Positions 18,817 through 28,637 of a DNA stretch of 64,000 nucleotides are shown here, piece after piece. Under the pieces are notes generated by a model. That model had not been told where the DNA came from, did not search any database, and saw nothing but the letters and a program-made list of their open reading frames with translations. The first letter of the stretch is position 1. The number at the start of each line of letters is the position of its first letter. Location of the stretch: the NCBI GenBank assembly GCA_964571255.1, contig CAZNAA010000002.1, forward strand, positions 28,746 through 92,745, read 5' to 3'. This stretch comes from an uncultured Gammaproteobacteria bacterium (GTDB lineage: Bacteria; Patescibacteriota; Microgenomatia; Levybacterales; UBA12049). A program made the position numbers and the translations under genes.

Positions 18817-21288
18817 TTAGATAACAAAGTTAAGAACTCTTCCAGGAATAAAGATTACGTTTTTAATCTCTTTCCCTTCCAAGTACTTTTGTACTTTCTC
18901 ACTAGCTCTTGCCACTTCTTCTACGTTCTTTTGCTCTTTGCTTTCTTCACTCTCCATCTCAAAAACATCTCGCATCTTGCCATTAATCATAATCGTCATT
19001 GTGACTCTCTCTTCCTGAAGATACACTTCTGAAACATGGGGCCAATGATCACTATGAATACTATCCAGGTGTCCTAATTGATGCCACAATTCCTCTGAAA
19101 TATGAGGAGCAAAAGGAGAGAGAAGCATGAGCAGTGTTTCAATGGCTTTTTGCCAAGAATCTTGGCTTTCAAAGCCTTTCATCTTGAAACGATATAAGTC
19201 ATTAGTAAGTTCCATGAGCGAGGCAATTGCTGTGTTGTAATGCTGCTCTTCTAAATCTTCTGTTACTTTTTTAGCAGTTTTATGAGAAATCTTTAGCACT
19301 TCTCTATCTTCCTTGCTATCTCCCTTTTCCGAAGCTAAATACTCTTGTACCAAGTTCCATACTCGAGTAAGAAAGCGATATGAAGCGGGAACTCCCTGCT
19401 CCTCCCATTTGATCCATACTTCCAAAGGGGCTGCGAACATAAGATAAAGCCTGAGTGAATCTGCTCCATAGCCTTGACTAATAATTTCAAGAGGATCTAC
19501 TCCATTTCCTTTACTCTTACTAAACATTTGTCCGTCCGATCCTGTCACTTTTCCATTAAAAAGAAACTTTTTAAACGGTTCGGGAGTATTAAGAAGTCCC
19601 TTCTTATAGAAAAAGCGAGTGACAAATCGAGCATAAATCATATGAGCTGTGGCATGATCTGCTCCGTTATAGAAGTCAATTGGCATCCATTTGTTGATTA
19701 TGTTACTGTCAAAAATCTTTTTTGTATTTTGAGGATCAAAATACCTGAGCATATACCAACTACTACAAATATAGGTATCAAGCGTATCTGTCTCTCGCTC
19801 TCCTTCTTTTCCACACTGAGGACAAACTGATCTTACCCACTCACCTGCTCTAGCTAACGCACTTCTCCCGTCTCCTGAAGGAGCAAAATCTTTGAGTTCT
19901 GGAAGAAGAATTGGTAACTCACTATCTGGAACAAGAACTGGTCCACAATCAGGACAGTAAACAATTGGAATTGGAGCACCCCAATATCTTTGTCTACTGA
20001 CACTCCAGTCACGCATTTTGTAATTGATCTTTTCCCTTCCTTTTCCCTGCTTACTAAGCTCAGCTACAATCTTTTCTCGAGCTTCACTACTGGAAAGTCC
20101 TGTATAGTCTCCTGAGTTACTAAGAGTCCCTTCTCCCGTAAAGACCACTTTTTCTTCTCTATCTTCCTCAGTTTCACCTTGAATAACAAAGGTGATTGGC
20201 AAATCAAATTTTTTAGCAAACTCCAAATCGCGCTCATCATGAGCAGGAACTGCCATAATTGCTCCTGTTCCATAGTTCATCAGGACATAATCTGCCACCC
20301 AAACAGGCAGTCTTTCTCCACTTAGCGGATTTATGGCATAACTGCCAGTAAAAACGCCTGTTTTTTCTTTATTCGCTTGTCTTTCAACTTCTGATCTTCT
20401 TAAGCTCTCTTTAATATATGTTTCAACTGCCTTTTTGTTCTCCTCAGTGGTAAGAGAAGAAATAGATTCATTTTCTGGGGCCAAAACGAGAATAGTTGCT
20501 CCAAAAAGCGTATCAGGACGAGTTGTAAAGACAGTTATGTCCTTCTCTTTCCCTTCAATAGAAAAAGTAATTTCCGCACCAATTGACTTGCCAATCCAGT
20601 TTTTCTGAGCCAATTTGACACTTTCTGTCCAGTCAAGCTCATCAATTGCCTGCAGCAGCTCATCTGCATACTCAGTAATCCGGAAAAACCATTGTTTTAC
20701 TTCTTTTTGACTGACTTCTAAATCGTCTTGACTATCATGCCTCCAACATTTGTTGTTAATCACCTGTTCATTAGCCAAAACTGTTTGGCACTTATCACAC
20801 CACCACTGCATTCGAGCATCTTGATAGGCTAATCCCGATCGGTGCATCTCGCTAAAAATCCACTGAGTCCATTTGTAATATTCAGGCGTATGAGCGGCAA
20901 TTTCTTTACTCCAATCATTACTCCACCCCATGGCTTTATATTGAATATGATAATTAGGAATGATTTGCTCCATGGAGGCCTGAGGAGAAACTCCAGCCTT
21001 GATGGCATAATTCTCAGCAGGAAGACCAAAACTATCCCAGCCAACGGGATGATAACTTTCAAATCCCTGCTGTCTCTTAAACCGTGCTAAAACGTCACTA
21101 ATCGTATAATTCATCGCGTGTCCAATGTGAATTCCCGCTCCACTAGGATAATTAAACATACTCATGGAGATATATTTGGGTTTCGTACTCGCCAGGTTAG
21201 CTTTATACGTTTGCTTTTCATCCCAGTATGATTGCCATTTGGACTCAATTTCTTTAGGAAGATATTTACTCTTTTTTGTACTTGTCAT
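18817..21288 (-). CDS. leuS: leucine--tRNA ligase
   Basis: 823 aa. HIGH motif (GAGIHIGHAMNYT) and a KMSKS-like motif (MFSKSKGN) are present. An editing-domain insertion is present. Confidence 0.95.
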   Translation of the reverse strand: MTSTKKSKYLPKEIESKWQSYWDEKQTYKANLASTKPKYISMSMFNYPSGAGIHIGHAMNYTISDVLARFKRQQGFESYHPVGWDSFGLPAENYAIKAGVSPQASMEQIIPNYHIQYKAMGWSNDWSKEIAAHTPEYYKWTQWIFSEMHRSGLAYQDARMQWWCDKCQTVLANEQVINNKCWRHDSQDDLEVSQKEVKQWFFRITEYADELLQAIDELDWTESVKLAQKNWIGKSIGAEITFSIEGKEKDITVFTTRPDTLFGATILVLAPENESISSLTTEENKKAVETYIKESLRRSEVERQANKEKTGVFTGSYAINPLSGERLPVWVADYVLMNYGTGAIMAVPAHDERDLEFAKKFDLPITFVIQGETEEDREEKVVFTGEGTLSNSGDYTGLSSSEAREKIVAELSKQGKGREKINYKMRDWSVSRQRYWGAPIPIVYCPDCGPVLVPDSELPILLPELKDFAPSGDGRSALARAGEWVRSVCPQCGKEGERETDTLDTYICSSWYMLRYFDPQNTKKIFDSNIINKWMPIDFYNGADHATAHMIYARFVTRFFYKKGLLNTPEPFKKFLFNGKVTGSDGQMFSKSKGNGVDPLEIISQGYGADSLRLYLMFAAPLEVWIKWEEQGVPASYRFLTRVWNLVQEYLASEKGDSKEDREVLKISHKTAKKVTEDLEEQHYNTAIASLMELTNDLYRFKMKGFESQDSWQKAIETLLMLLSPFAPHISEELWHQLGHLDSIHSDHWPHVSEVYLQEERVTMTIMINGKMRDVFEMESEESKEQKNVEEVARASEKVQKYLEGKEIKNVIFIPGRVLNFVI

Positions 21289-21668
21289 ACCCTGGATTAT
21301 ACAGCAAGAGATACAAATTAAAAAGAATCTTCTTCCTGGAAATAGATCCGAATACCATTCGGTAATTTCACTTCTTTCTTTTTCACTCCTATATCTATAC
21401 CAAATCAGCCCCTTTTTCCTTCTGCTAAAGCCTTAGGAGGAAAGTACCTCTTCTTTTGTGCCTATTAAGGTCTTGATTCGTATTTTCCTGTATATTTTAC
21501 TCCCCTTTGAGCACTACTATAACTGAAACAGTTAAAAATAGGATCATGACTAAATTATGCATTTCGATATACTTAGATGTATTTCTTTTCCTGATTCCCG
21601 ATAGGCACGTCTAAGTTTGATTCGAGATTTTTCTTGAGTTTCCTCTTCCTTTTCACTACTATGAAGAT

Positions 21669-22304
21669 ATGGACTTAAAACGCTTCTCTCTTCAGTCACT
21701 TCTTGTTCTTTGTGGAGTAGGTTTGGGAGGAATCATGCTTCTTCCTGTCGGAAAAGTCTATCAAGTTCCCCTTATTGGCATACTTACTTTTGCCTATTTA
21801 GTATTGACAATTCACAGAAACCCTTTCAAAAAGACTGTTGGCTCCTGGCATGATGCACCTACTCTTGCTATTCTTGCCTCTATTGTTCTTATTCTTGTCA
21901 TCACAACAGGAGGAAGTGAGAGTCCACTTTTTTTTCTTCTTTCCTTTGTTCTTTTTAGTATTGGCTTTGTGCTGTATCCTGAGATCCTTTTTGTCTTTTT
22001 AGCAGGAGTTCTGCTTCTTTTTTCTCCCCAACTGTTCTCCACTCCGTCCATTTTAGAGCTAGTGAATGCAGGCTCTCTCCTGCTTTTCTCACCTCTCTCC
22101 TACTTTTTTGGCAAGATTTTTCAAAAGGAGGGTGAGCAGGAGGAAGAAAAGACTGAGAGAAAAGAGATTCTGTCCGATGCAACAGAAACTATCCAAGAGG
22201 ACGTCAAAGAGATTATAGAAACTACTCCATTATCTGAGGAAAGCAAACAAAAGCTCGAGGAAATCTCAGAAGCTGCTGATGTGGTTAAAGACGCAACGAA
22301 ATAA
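21669..22304 (+). CDS. polytopic membrane protein with acidic C-terminal tail (211 aa)
   Basis: About five hydrophobic helices followed by an E/K-rich tail. Leads the surface-protein cluster. Confidence 0.5.
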   Translation: MDLKRFSLQSLLVLCGVGLGGIMLLPVGKVYQVPLIGILTFAYLVLTIHRNPFKKTVGSWHDAPTLAILASIVLILVITTGGSESPLFFLLSFVLFSIGFVLYPEILFVFLAGVLLLFSPQLFSTPSILELVNAGSLLLFSPLSYFFGKIFQKEGEQEEEKTERKEILSDATETIQEDVKEIIETTPLSEESKQKLEEISEAADVVKDATK

Positions 22305-22309
22305 GTCCT

Positions 22310-23059
22310 ATGAACAAAACACTTTTTTTCCTAGATCTTCAGATCGTTTTTTTATCTCTCTTTCTTGTTTTATGCGTTATTACCCAAACCTATGCGATCA
22401 CTATGACGAGTGATGACTATATTATTACAGAAGGCAACCTTAACTCGGCAGCAGGCAGGCCAACGAACAGTAATTATAAGTTAGGAGTAACCGTTGGAGA
22501 ATTGGGATCTGGAAGATATAGCGGAACAAATTATACAGTCAGAGCTGGATTTCAATACATTCACTCTATTATCCGCTTCAACTTTACTCTCTCAAGTGTC
22601 TTAATTGACTTTGGAACACTCACACCGACCAATCCAGTGACGAGAACTCAAACGCTAACTATATCTAACGGGTCAGCACATGGATATACGGTTACTGCTC
22701 AAGAAAACCATCCGCTACAGGTTGACTCCAGTGGTGCCCAGATTCCTGATACTACCTGTGACGCAGGGACCTGTACCGAGTCAACAAGTGCTGCTTGGAG
22801 TAATACGCTTACTTATGGCTTTGGCTATCGGTGTGATAACGTATCGGGAACTGATTGTGCTACAGGCTTTACTACAGGAACCTTCTATAAGCAGTTTCCC
22901 AATATGAACGCTAGCGAAACTCCAGTAGGAGTGATGACTGGGGTAAATGTGGGAAGAAACAAGCAAACCCAAATTACGTATAAGGCAAACGTTTCAGGAA
23001 CTCAACCAGGAGGACTCTATCGGAATGTGATTACCTATATTGCCACCCCAACTCTATGA
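22310..23059 (+). CDS. secreted beta-rich surface protein, WxL-domain-like (C-terminus ...YRNVITYIATPTL)
   Basis: 249 aa with an N-terminal signal/TM segment and Thr/Gly/Asn-rich sequence. Its C-terminal motif is shared with the 24101 paralogue. Confidence 0.5.
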   Translation: MNKTLFFLDLQIVFLSLFLVLCVITQTYAITMTSDDYIITEGNLNSAAGRPTNSNYKLGVTVGELGSGRYSGTNYTVRAGFQYIHSIIRFNFTLSSVLIDFGTLTPTNPVTRTQTLTISNGSAHGYTVTAQENHPLQVDSSGAQIPDTTCDAGTCTESTSAAWSNTLTYGFGYRCDNVSGTDCATGFTTGTFYKQFPNMNASETPVGVMTGVNVGRNKQTQITYKANVSGTQPGGLYRNVITYIATPTL

Positions 23060-24066
23060 AACACCTACTCCTTCTTATTACCATTCTGACTATCTTTACT
23101 TTTTTCTTTCCAAGTATGTCTAGTGCACAAGAGATTGGACTAGGAATATACCCACCCATTAGCACTATCGATGCAACACCGCCAGCGACTATTTTAGTAC
23201 CTCTGAGTGTTGAAAACAGCAGTAGTGAACCTTTGACTGTTGAGATGGAGCTCAAACCATTTGCTCCCTCATCTTCAGAGGACGGGACAGTTACCTATCT
23301 ATCAGATGATACCGTCTTTCCGAGTGGAGACATCTTGCTTCTTCAGCGGATTCGAATCATTCAAAACAAGAAACAAGTGAGCAAGTTACTTCTTGCCCCC
23401 AAAGAGATTGCCGAAGTTGATGTTTCTATTCCCCTCTCTAAACAAACGGTTCCAGGAGATTATTACTTCTCTGTTATCTTTACAGGACACCCATCTCTTC
23501 CTGGACCAGAGCAAAATACCCAGTCATCAGTCTCGCAAGCTGGGATTGCCAGCCACATCTTACTCTCTGTAGGGCCAAAAGGAAAGGCTCAAGGAGAAAT
23601 AAAAGAGTTTTCCAGTCCTTTTTTCCTGACACAAGGCCCAGTTCCCTTCACGCTTCGTATAACCAATACCTCTGCTCACACGATTGCCCCAACCGGATCA
23701 CTCTATATAACCAATATGTTTGGTCAAACAGTGGGAAAGGTAGATATTCTCCCTGTTCATGTTCTTTCAAACAGCACCAGACTTACTCCTGACAGGAAGC
23801 AAACAAATGATAATGGAGAGGTCAAAGAAGCACTCTATGAGGAATTTCTCTCTCATGGACCACGAGTTTTATGGCAAGAATCTTTTTTACTGGGAGTGTA
23901 TCAGGCAACGGTTAAAGTAAAATTATCAGAAAACGGTCCTCTTGTTTCAAAGTCCACTACCTTTATTGCTTTTCCTCTCCCACTTCTGATTGGATTTGGG
24001 GTCGTTATTCTTCTCGTTATCACCATTATTCAGAGAGTACGCCTGAAGATAAAATATTCGTATTGA
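23056..24066 (+). CDS. DUF916/DUF3324-like cell-surface protein with C-terminal TM anchor
   Basis: 336 aa. Has a signal peptide and a C-terminal TM segment followed by a basic tail (LLIGFGVVILLVITIIQRVRLK). Size and topology match CscA-like partners of WxL proteins. Confidence 0.5.
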   Translation: MKHLLLLITILTIFTFFFPSMSSAQEIGLGIYPPISTIDATPPATILVPLSVENSSSEPLTVEMELKPFAPSSSEDGTVTYLSDDTVFPSGDILLLQRIRIIQNKKQVSKLLLAPKEIAEVDVSIPLSKQTVPGDYYFSVIFTGHPSLPGPEQNTQSSVSQAGIASHILLSVGPKGKAQGEIKEFSSPFFLTQGPVPFTLRITNTSAHTIAPTGSLYITNMFGQTVGKVDILPVHVLSNSTRLTPDRKQTNDNGEVKEALYEEFLSHGPRVLWQESFLLGVYQATVKVKLSENGPLVSKSTTFIAFPLPLLIGFGVVILLVITIIQRVRLKIKYSY

Positions 24067-24100
24067 CAAGACTTTCTCACACAAAGCATACTGTCAGTAT

Positions 24101-25513
24101 ATGGAAAAATATTTCTCTTTCCTTCGTTACGTTGTCATTACCCTTATTCTGATAACAGGAATGAATCTCGCCACAAAAGACGTCCACGCCTTAGGAACTC
24201 TGGCTAATTTAAAAGATACCATTACGACATCTCGTCCATCCGCTTCATCCCCTTTAACGGCTGATGAAGGAACAAGTTCCTCTATTATTGATATTGCAAA
24301 TAATGGCTCCAGATATTTTGCCTCAGATTCTGCCAAAATTGTCAGAACCTCTAGTGGAGCACAAATTGTCGGAGGACTCTTTGTTGCCTCTCAATCTGCT
24401 GACCTTACTGATGTATATTTGACCACTACTACGGGAACTGCAGCACAAGCTGCAACTGATGTTTTAGTGACTAATATTACTGCACTCCACACGATTCAAT
24501 TTACGACAGCTACTGCTATTCCAACTAGTGGAACGATTGTCATTACTTTTCCAGGAGGTGCCTCAAATATAGCCTCTCCGAGTGCTACTACGTTTTCTTT
24601 TAATGGAATGAGTACATCTAATCCTTCTGACGTGTTATTTAATAATGCCACCTGTTCATCAGTCACTGTCTCTGCACCAACGATTACCTGTACCCTTTCT
24701 GGAGGAGTATCTGCAAGTACAACCGTCACTGTTCTTATTGGGTGCACATCTCAATCAAGTGGAGCATGTACCGTTCAAGCTCCCCGCCTTATTAACCCAA
24801 TTAAGACCAATAGTGCTGGAAACAGAGATTTGTGGACGGTCAATGTCAAAACAACAGATGGAGCAGCTGATTTAGATACGGGAAAAGCACTCATTGGCAT
24901 TATTGAATCAGTTGAGGTGAAAGCTGCGGTTGATAATAGCTTAACCTTTACCATTACAGGAGGATTCTCTAGTGGAACAGCTATAAATAATGGAAATAGC
25001 ACCGGCTGTACGAATAGTGAAACGGTTACTTCAAGTGTTGGCGCAACCAGTACCTCTACCCTGGTTGACTTAGGTATTCTAACCACGAGTGCGATAAATA
25101 TCCATGCTCAGCGAATCAATATCACAACCAATGGGCTTGGAGGATATACTCTCACCGCAACGTCATCAGGACATTTGATTAATAACGCCACAGGATACTT
25201 CATTCCTGATAGTACAACCCCAACAGCAATGACTGCAGGGACAGCCTGGTTTGGACTTCATGCCTGTGGGCTAGATGTAGCAAGTGGAACCTGGGGAACA
25301 GGAGCAACAGGAGGAGGAGCAGGAGCCTTATACGGCTGGCCAACCAAAACCACTGCAGTTACCCTTGCTACAGATTCAACAGGCCCAGTTGATACTTCTC
25401 TTGCAACTGGTAATGGAATAACAAGTGTAGAATATGCAGCTACTGTGTCTGCTGCAATCCCAGCTGGAGCCTATCAAGCTTATGTTACATACGTAGCAAC
25501 ACCAACCTTTTAA
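24101..25513 (+). CDS. secreted beta-rich surface protein, WxL-domain-like (C-terminus ...YQAYVTYVATPTF)
   Basis: 470 aa with a signal peptide and Thr/Ser/Gly-rich sequence. Its C-terminal motif is paralogous to the 22310 protein. Confidence 0.5.
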   Translation: MEKYFSFLRYVVITLILITGMNLATKDVHALGTLANLKDTITTSRPSASSPLTADEGTSSSIIDIANNGSRYFASDSAKIVRTSSGAQIVGGLFVASQSADLTDVYLTTTTGTAAQAATDVLVTNITALHTIQFTTATAIPTSGTIVITFPGGASNIASPSATTFSFNGMSTSNPSDVLFNNATCSSVTVSAPTITCTLSGGVSASTTVTVLIGCTSQSSGACTVQAPRLINPIKTNSAGNRDLWTVNVKTTDGAADLDTGKALIGIIESVEVKAAVDNSLTFTITGGFSSGTAINNGNSTGCTNSETVTSSVGATSTSTLVDLGILTTSAINIHAQRINITTNGLGGYTLTATSSGHLINNATGYFIPDSTTPTAMTAGTAWFGLHACGLDVASGTWGTGATGGGAGALYGWPTKTTAVTLATDSTGPVDTSLATGNGITSVEYAATVSAAIPAGAYQAYVTYVATPTF

Positions 25514-25515
25514 CT

Positions 25516-26517
25516 ATGAACTACCTGCCGCACCTATCACTACTCAAAATTGGACTCACCACATTCTCATTTGGCCTTGTTGTTTCTCTCGTTACTGCCC
25601 CTCTCACTCTCGCTCAAGAATCACGATCTTTTACGGTTATTCCTCCAAGTATCTCTCATAGATTGAATCCTGGAGAAACAACTGAGGGAGTATTACGAGT
25701 CATTAATGACAGTGCAGAACCTCTTACTTTCTCACTCAGTATTCAAGACTATATCGTAGAGGATAATAATGGAACACCTACCTTTGTAACAGACGGAAAA
25801 CTAAGTAACAAGTATTCTGCTGCTTCCTGGATTGGCGTTAGTCCAAATCGATTTACCCTTGCTCCAAAACAAAGAGAAGATCTTGCCTACTTGATTAAAA
25901 TCCCAAAAGATGCTCGTCCTGGAGGACATTATGCAGCTGTAACGTATACTCCTGATGCGAAAGGTACTACCACAGGTTCTGGAACAGCCGTATCAACAGT
26001 TGTTGGAACTCTGATGTATATTGATGTGAATGGAGAGATTGTTGAAAAAGCCAGTGTAAAAGAGTTCTCTTCTCCTGGTTTTTCTGAATATGCCCCGATA
26101 TCTCTTCATACAATTATTCGAAATGAAGGAGACTTACACATTGCTCCCTACGGAACTATCGTTGTTAAAAACATGTGGGGAAAAGTCATTTCCACTCAAG
26201 CTATTTTGAGTAAAAATATTTTTCCTCAAGCTGTACGAGAATTTGAAAATATTGTTGATCGAAAATGGATGTTTGGAAGCTATACAGCTGAATTTACTGC
26301 AAAATATGGACGACAAAATGCCCTCTCTCTCACTGCTTCTTCTACGTTTTGGGTTATTCCTTGGAAAATGATTGTCATCATTATTCTCGCTGTTGCTGTA
26401 GGTATCTTGGGAGTTCTTATGATTAATAAGAAAAAAACGAATTCAGAAGAGACAAAAGAAACAGAAGGAAATGAAGCAAAAGTGGAAGAGACTCCTTCTG
26501 AAACCACCTCTCTCTAA
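25516..26517 (+). CDS. DUF916/DUF3324-like cell-surface protein with C-terminal TM anchor (paralogue of 23056)
   Basis: 333 aa. Has a signal peptide, the FTVIPP...EPLTF architecture also seen in 23056, and a C-terminal TM segment followed by a K-rich tail. Confidence 0.5.
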   Translation: MNYLPHLSLLKIGLTTFSFGLVVSLVTAPLTLAQESRSFTVIPPSISHRLNPGETTEGVLRVINDSAEPLTFSLSIQDYIVEDNNGTPTFVTDGKLSNKYSAASWIGVSPNRFTLAPKQREDLAYLIKIPKDARPGGHYAAVTYTPDAKGTTTGSGTAVSTVVGTLMYIDVNGEIVEKASVKEFSSPGFSEYAPISLHTIIRNEGDLHIAPYGTIVVKNMWGKVISTQAILSKNIFPQAVREFENIVDRKWMFGSYTAEFTAKYGRQNALSLTASSTFWVIPWKMIVIIILAVAVGILGVLMINKKKTNSEETKETEGNEAKVEETPSETTSL

Positions 26518-26921
26518 TTTTTCTTGTTTTGCTACACGTACTCCAACTGGAATAGTAATCTAGTAACCCTTTTTTGAAAATCTCTGTATATCTAACGTAT
26601 CTTTTTTTTAGTACGCACTCTATTGAGCTCAAGAAGGAAAAGGAGCTACATTTAGTCACTCAGATCCAAAAGTCTTGTCTCAGCCCTTCCTACGCCCCTA
26701 CAAAGGATATTTTAGACCAGAGAGATCTTCTTTCATGGAAGAGGATATATTTCGTTTTGAAAGAGAGAAAAGCACAAAGAGATGAAGAGGCTTCTTCACC
26801 TACACTTCCTGGATATCCAGAAGGAATATACTAATACAGATAATTAACGGTAATTCTCCTGACGACAGTCATGCCTTTATCCTTTTTTAGCCAAGACTAA
26901 AAAGAAGAAGCTAGATAAAAT

Positions 26922-27812
26922 CTAATACCCGACGAACCAGGCATGATGCAATTTTTTCTTTGACGAACCAAACAAAAAGGAGAAAAGACGACTGGAATAA
27001 ATAAAGGTAAAGTGTTGAGGCCAGAGTTTAACAATGAGGATAATAATGAGGATAATCAAGGGTATTCCTACCCACAATAATCCCAATCCTGAGCCTATAA
27101 AAACTCCAATAAGTATCTCCCACATTTTCTGCAGAAACCGGAGAAATTGCTCCCATAACCCAAGCGCTTTTAAAGTAAGAAAACGTGAAGGGGCAACTGA
27201 TGGTTGCCCATTATAAGTCGCATCTGCATAGAGCTGATATACTCCAGCTGGCAAATCAGCAACCGTCACTTCATAATAGCCTTCTGTATCTGCAGTAACA
27301 GTAATACTTCGTCCTCCAACGTGAACGGTTACTTTTGCACCTGGCATAGAATAACCAAAAGCCAAAACGCTTGATCCCGCCGCAATTTCTGACCGTTGTA
27401 ATGCTATCGTAGGAGGGAGAAAGATATTGTCTTTTCGCATACTTGCAATCAGAGGTGGAAAAGTAAAGCAACTATATGATTCTCCTAAGTTGTGATAATC
27501 CTTTGCTTGAAGACAGAAACTTGTTAGTCCTCTATTGATTCGTACTTGAGAGATAGAAAATCTTCCATCAGCCCCTGCTACCGTCCCTCTGTAATATACC
27601 CCATCTATCAATAATCCAACGGAAGCATAGGGAGAAATAAAACCAGAAACAGATAAGAAAAATTCTCCCACCTCTGCACCCACTTTTATTTCTGCTTTTC
27701 CTTGAGGAACATAGGCATGGGTGACTGTTAACGAAAGAGAAAAGAAAAAGATACTCAAAAGAGTACAAAAAAGAACCAATGTAACTAGGGATACAGGCAG
27801 CTTGTTGAACAT
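26922..27812 (-). CDS. membrane-anchored secreted protein with prealbumin/CarboxypepD_reg-like beta domain
   Basis: 296 aa with a signal peptide and a C-terminal TM segment. VTVHVGGRSITVTADTEGYYEVTV is typical of Ig-like transthyretin-fold domains. Confidence 0.45.
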   Translation of the reverse strand: MFNKLPVSLVTLVLFCTLLSIFFFSLSLTVTHAYVPQGKAEIKVGAEVGEFFLSVSGFISPYASVGLLIDGVYYRGTVAGADGRFSISQVRINRGLTSFCLQAKDYHNLGESYSCFTFPPLIASMRKDNIFLPPTIALQRSEIAAGSSVLAFGYSMPGAKVTVHVGGRSITVTADTEGYYEVTVADLPAGVYQLYADATYNGQPSVAPSRFLTLKALGLWEQFLRFLQKMWEILIGVFIGSGLGLLWVGIPLIILIIILIVKLWPQHFTFIYSSRLFSFLFGSSKKKLHHAWFVGY

Positions 27813-28389
27813 ATAAGATATATTTGTATCTAGTCAAAAGGTGAATCCTTTTAAGATGACTCATTTTATTATACGATATCTTGTTATTTGTCACTATCTC
27901 CTTCTTTGAGAAAAAAGAAAGAGATAGATCGTTTTTTTCAGACACTATTTCTTAGATAGCACTTACTTATTTCTTGTGCTAAAGTTTTATTTTTATGACT
28001 CTCAAGATATTGACTGGTTTTGAGCTATTTTTCTTACAAAAGTGTTTTTTCTCTTTTATCATCTATTCTCTTTTTATCATTCAATACTTTATACGAACGA
28101 TCATGCCTGCGCTCTGTAAAAATCAAATACTATCCTTCTTTTTTCTTGTTTTTTTCAGGAATAATAAATATATCAAAATGGGTCATTTAGCCACGAGTTA
28201 GCCTATTACCAAAGTATTGACAGACCCTCTTTTCTCCCTCAAAATAAAGAGTGAACTTTGAAATTTCTGAAGAAAGTGAATAGCCAAGATAATCGGTATA
28301 ATCCGTATAATCTTGAAGCTAGAAAGGTTTCTCTTGTGAAAATCAGAAGACTGCCTTACTTCCCCCACTTTTCACAGAAAGGAGCAATC

Positions 28390-28527
28390 ATGAAAGGATA
28401 CAAAGTCGGCAAAGACGCCATCATTATTAAACAAGCAGATCAATTTGGATTCTCTAGAACCTTCTGGATTTTAAGTGCTGTTTCTTTTAGCTATTTTCTT
28501 AGCCAGAGTATTCTCCTGTTTATTTAA
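28390..28527 (+). CDS. small membrane protein (45 aa) upstream of the giant genes
   Basis: A strong SD (AAAGGAG, then 5 nt, then ATG at 28390) lies inside the longer ORF 28258-28527. A C-terminal TM helix is present. Confidence 0.35.
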   Translation: MKGYKVGKDAIIIKQADQFGFSRTFWILSAVSFSYFLSQSILLFI

Positions 28528-28637
28528 TTCCCTATGAAACACTTATTTTTCTCAAAGACCAAATTGTGCCTAAAAATAAATACATATATTAATAAACACT
28601 TCCAGGCAGGAAGATAAACAAAAATGCGAGAGATCGC

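Noticed and set aside
26574-26834. 86-aa ORF in the intergenic region between convergent genes.
   Set aside because: No start context. The sequence is AT-rich and low-complexity. Probably a terminator/spacer region.
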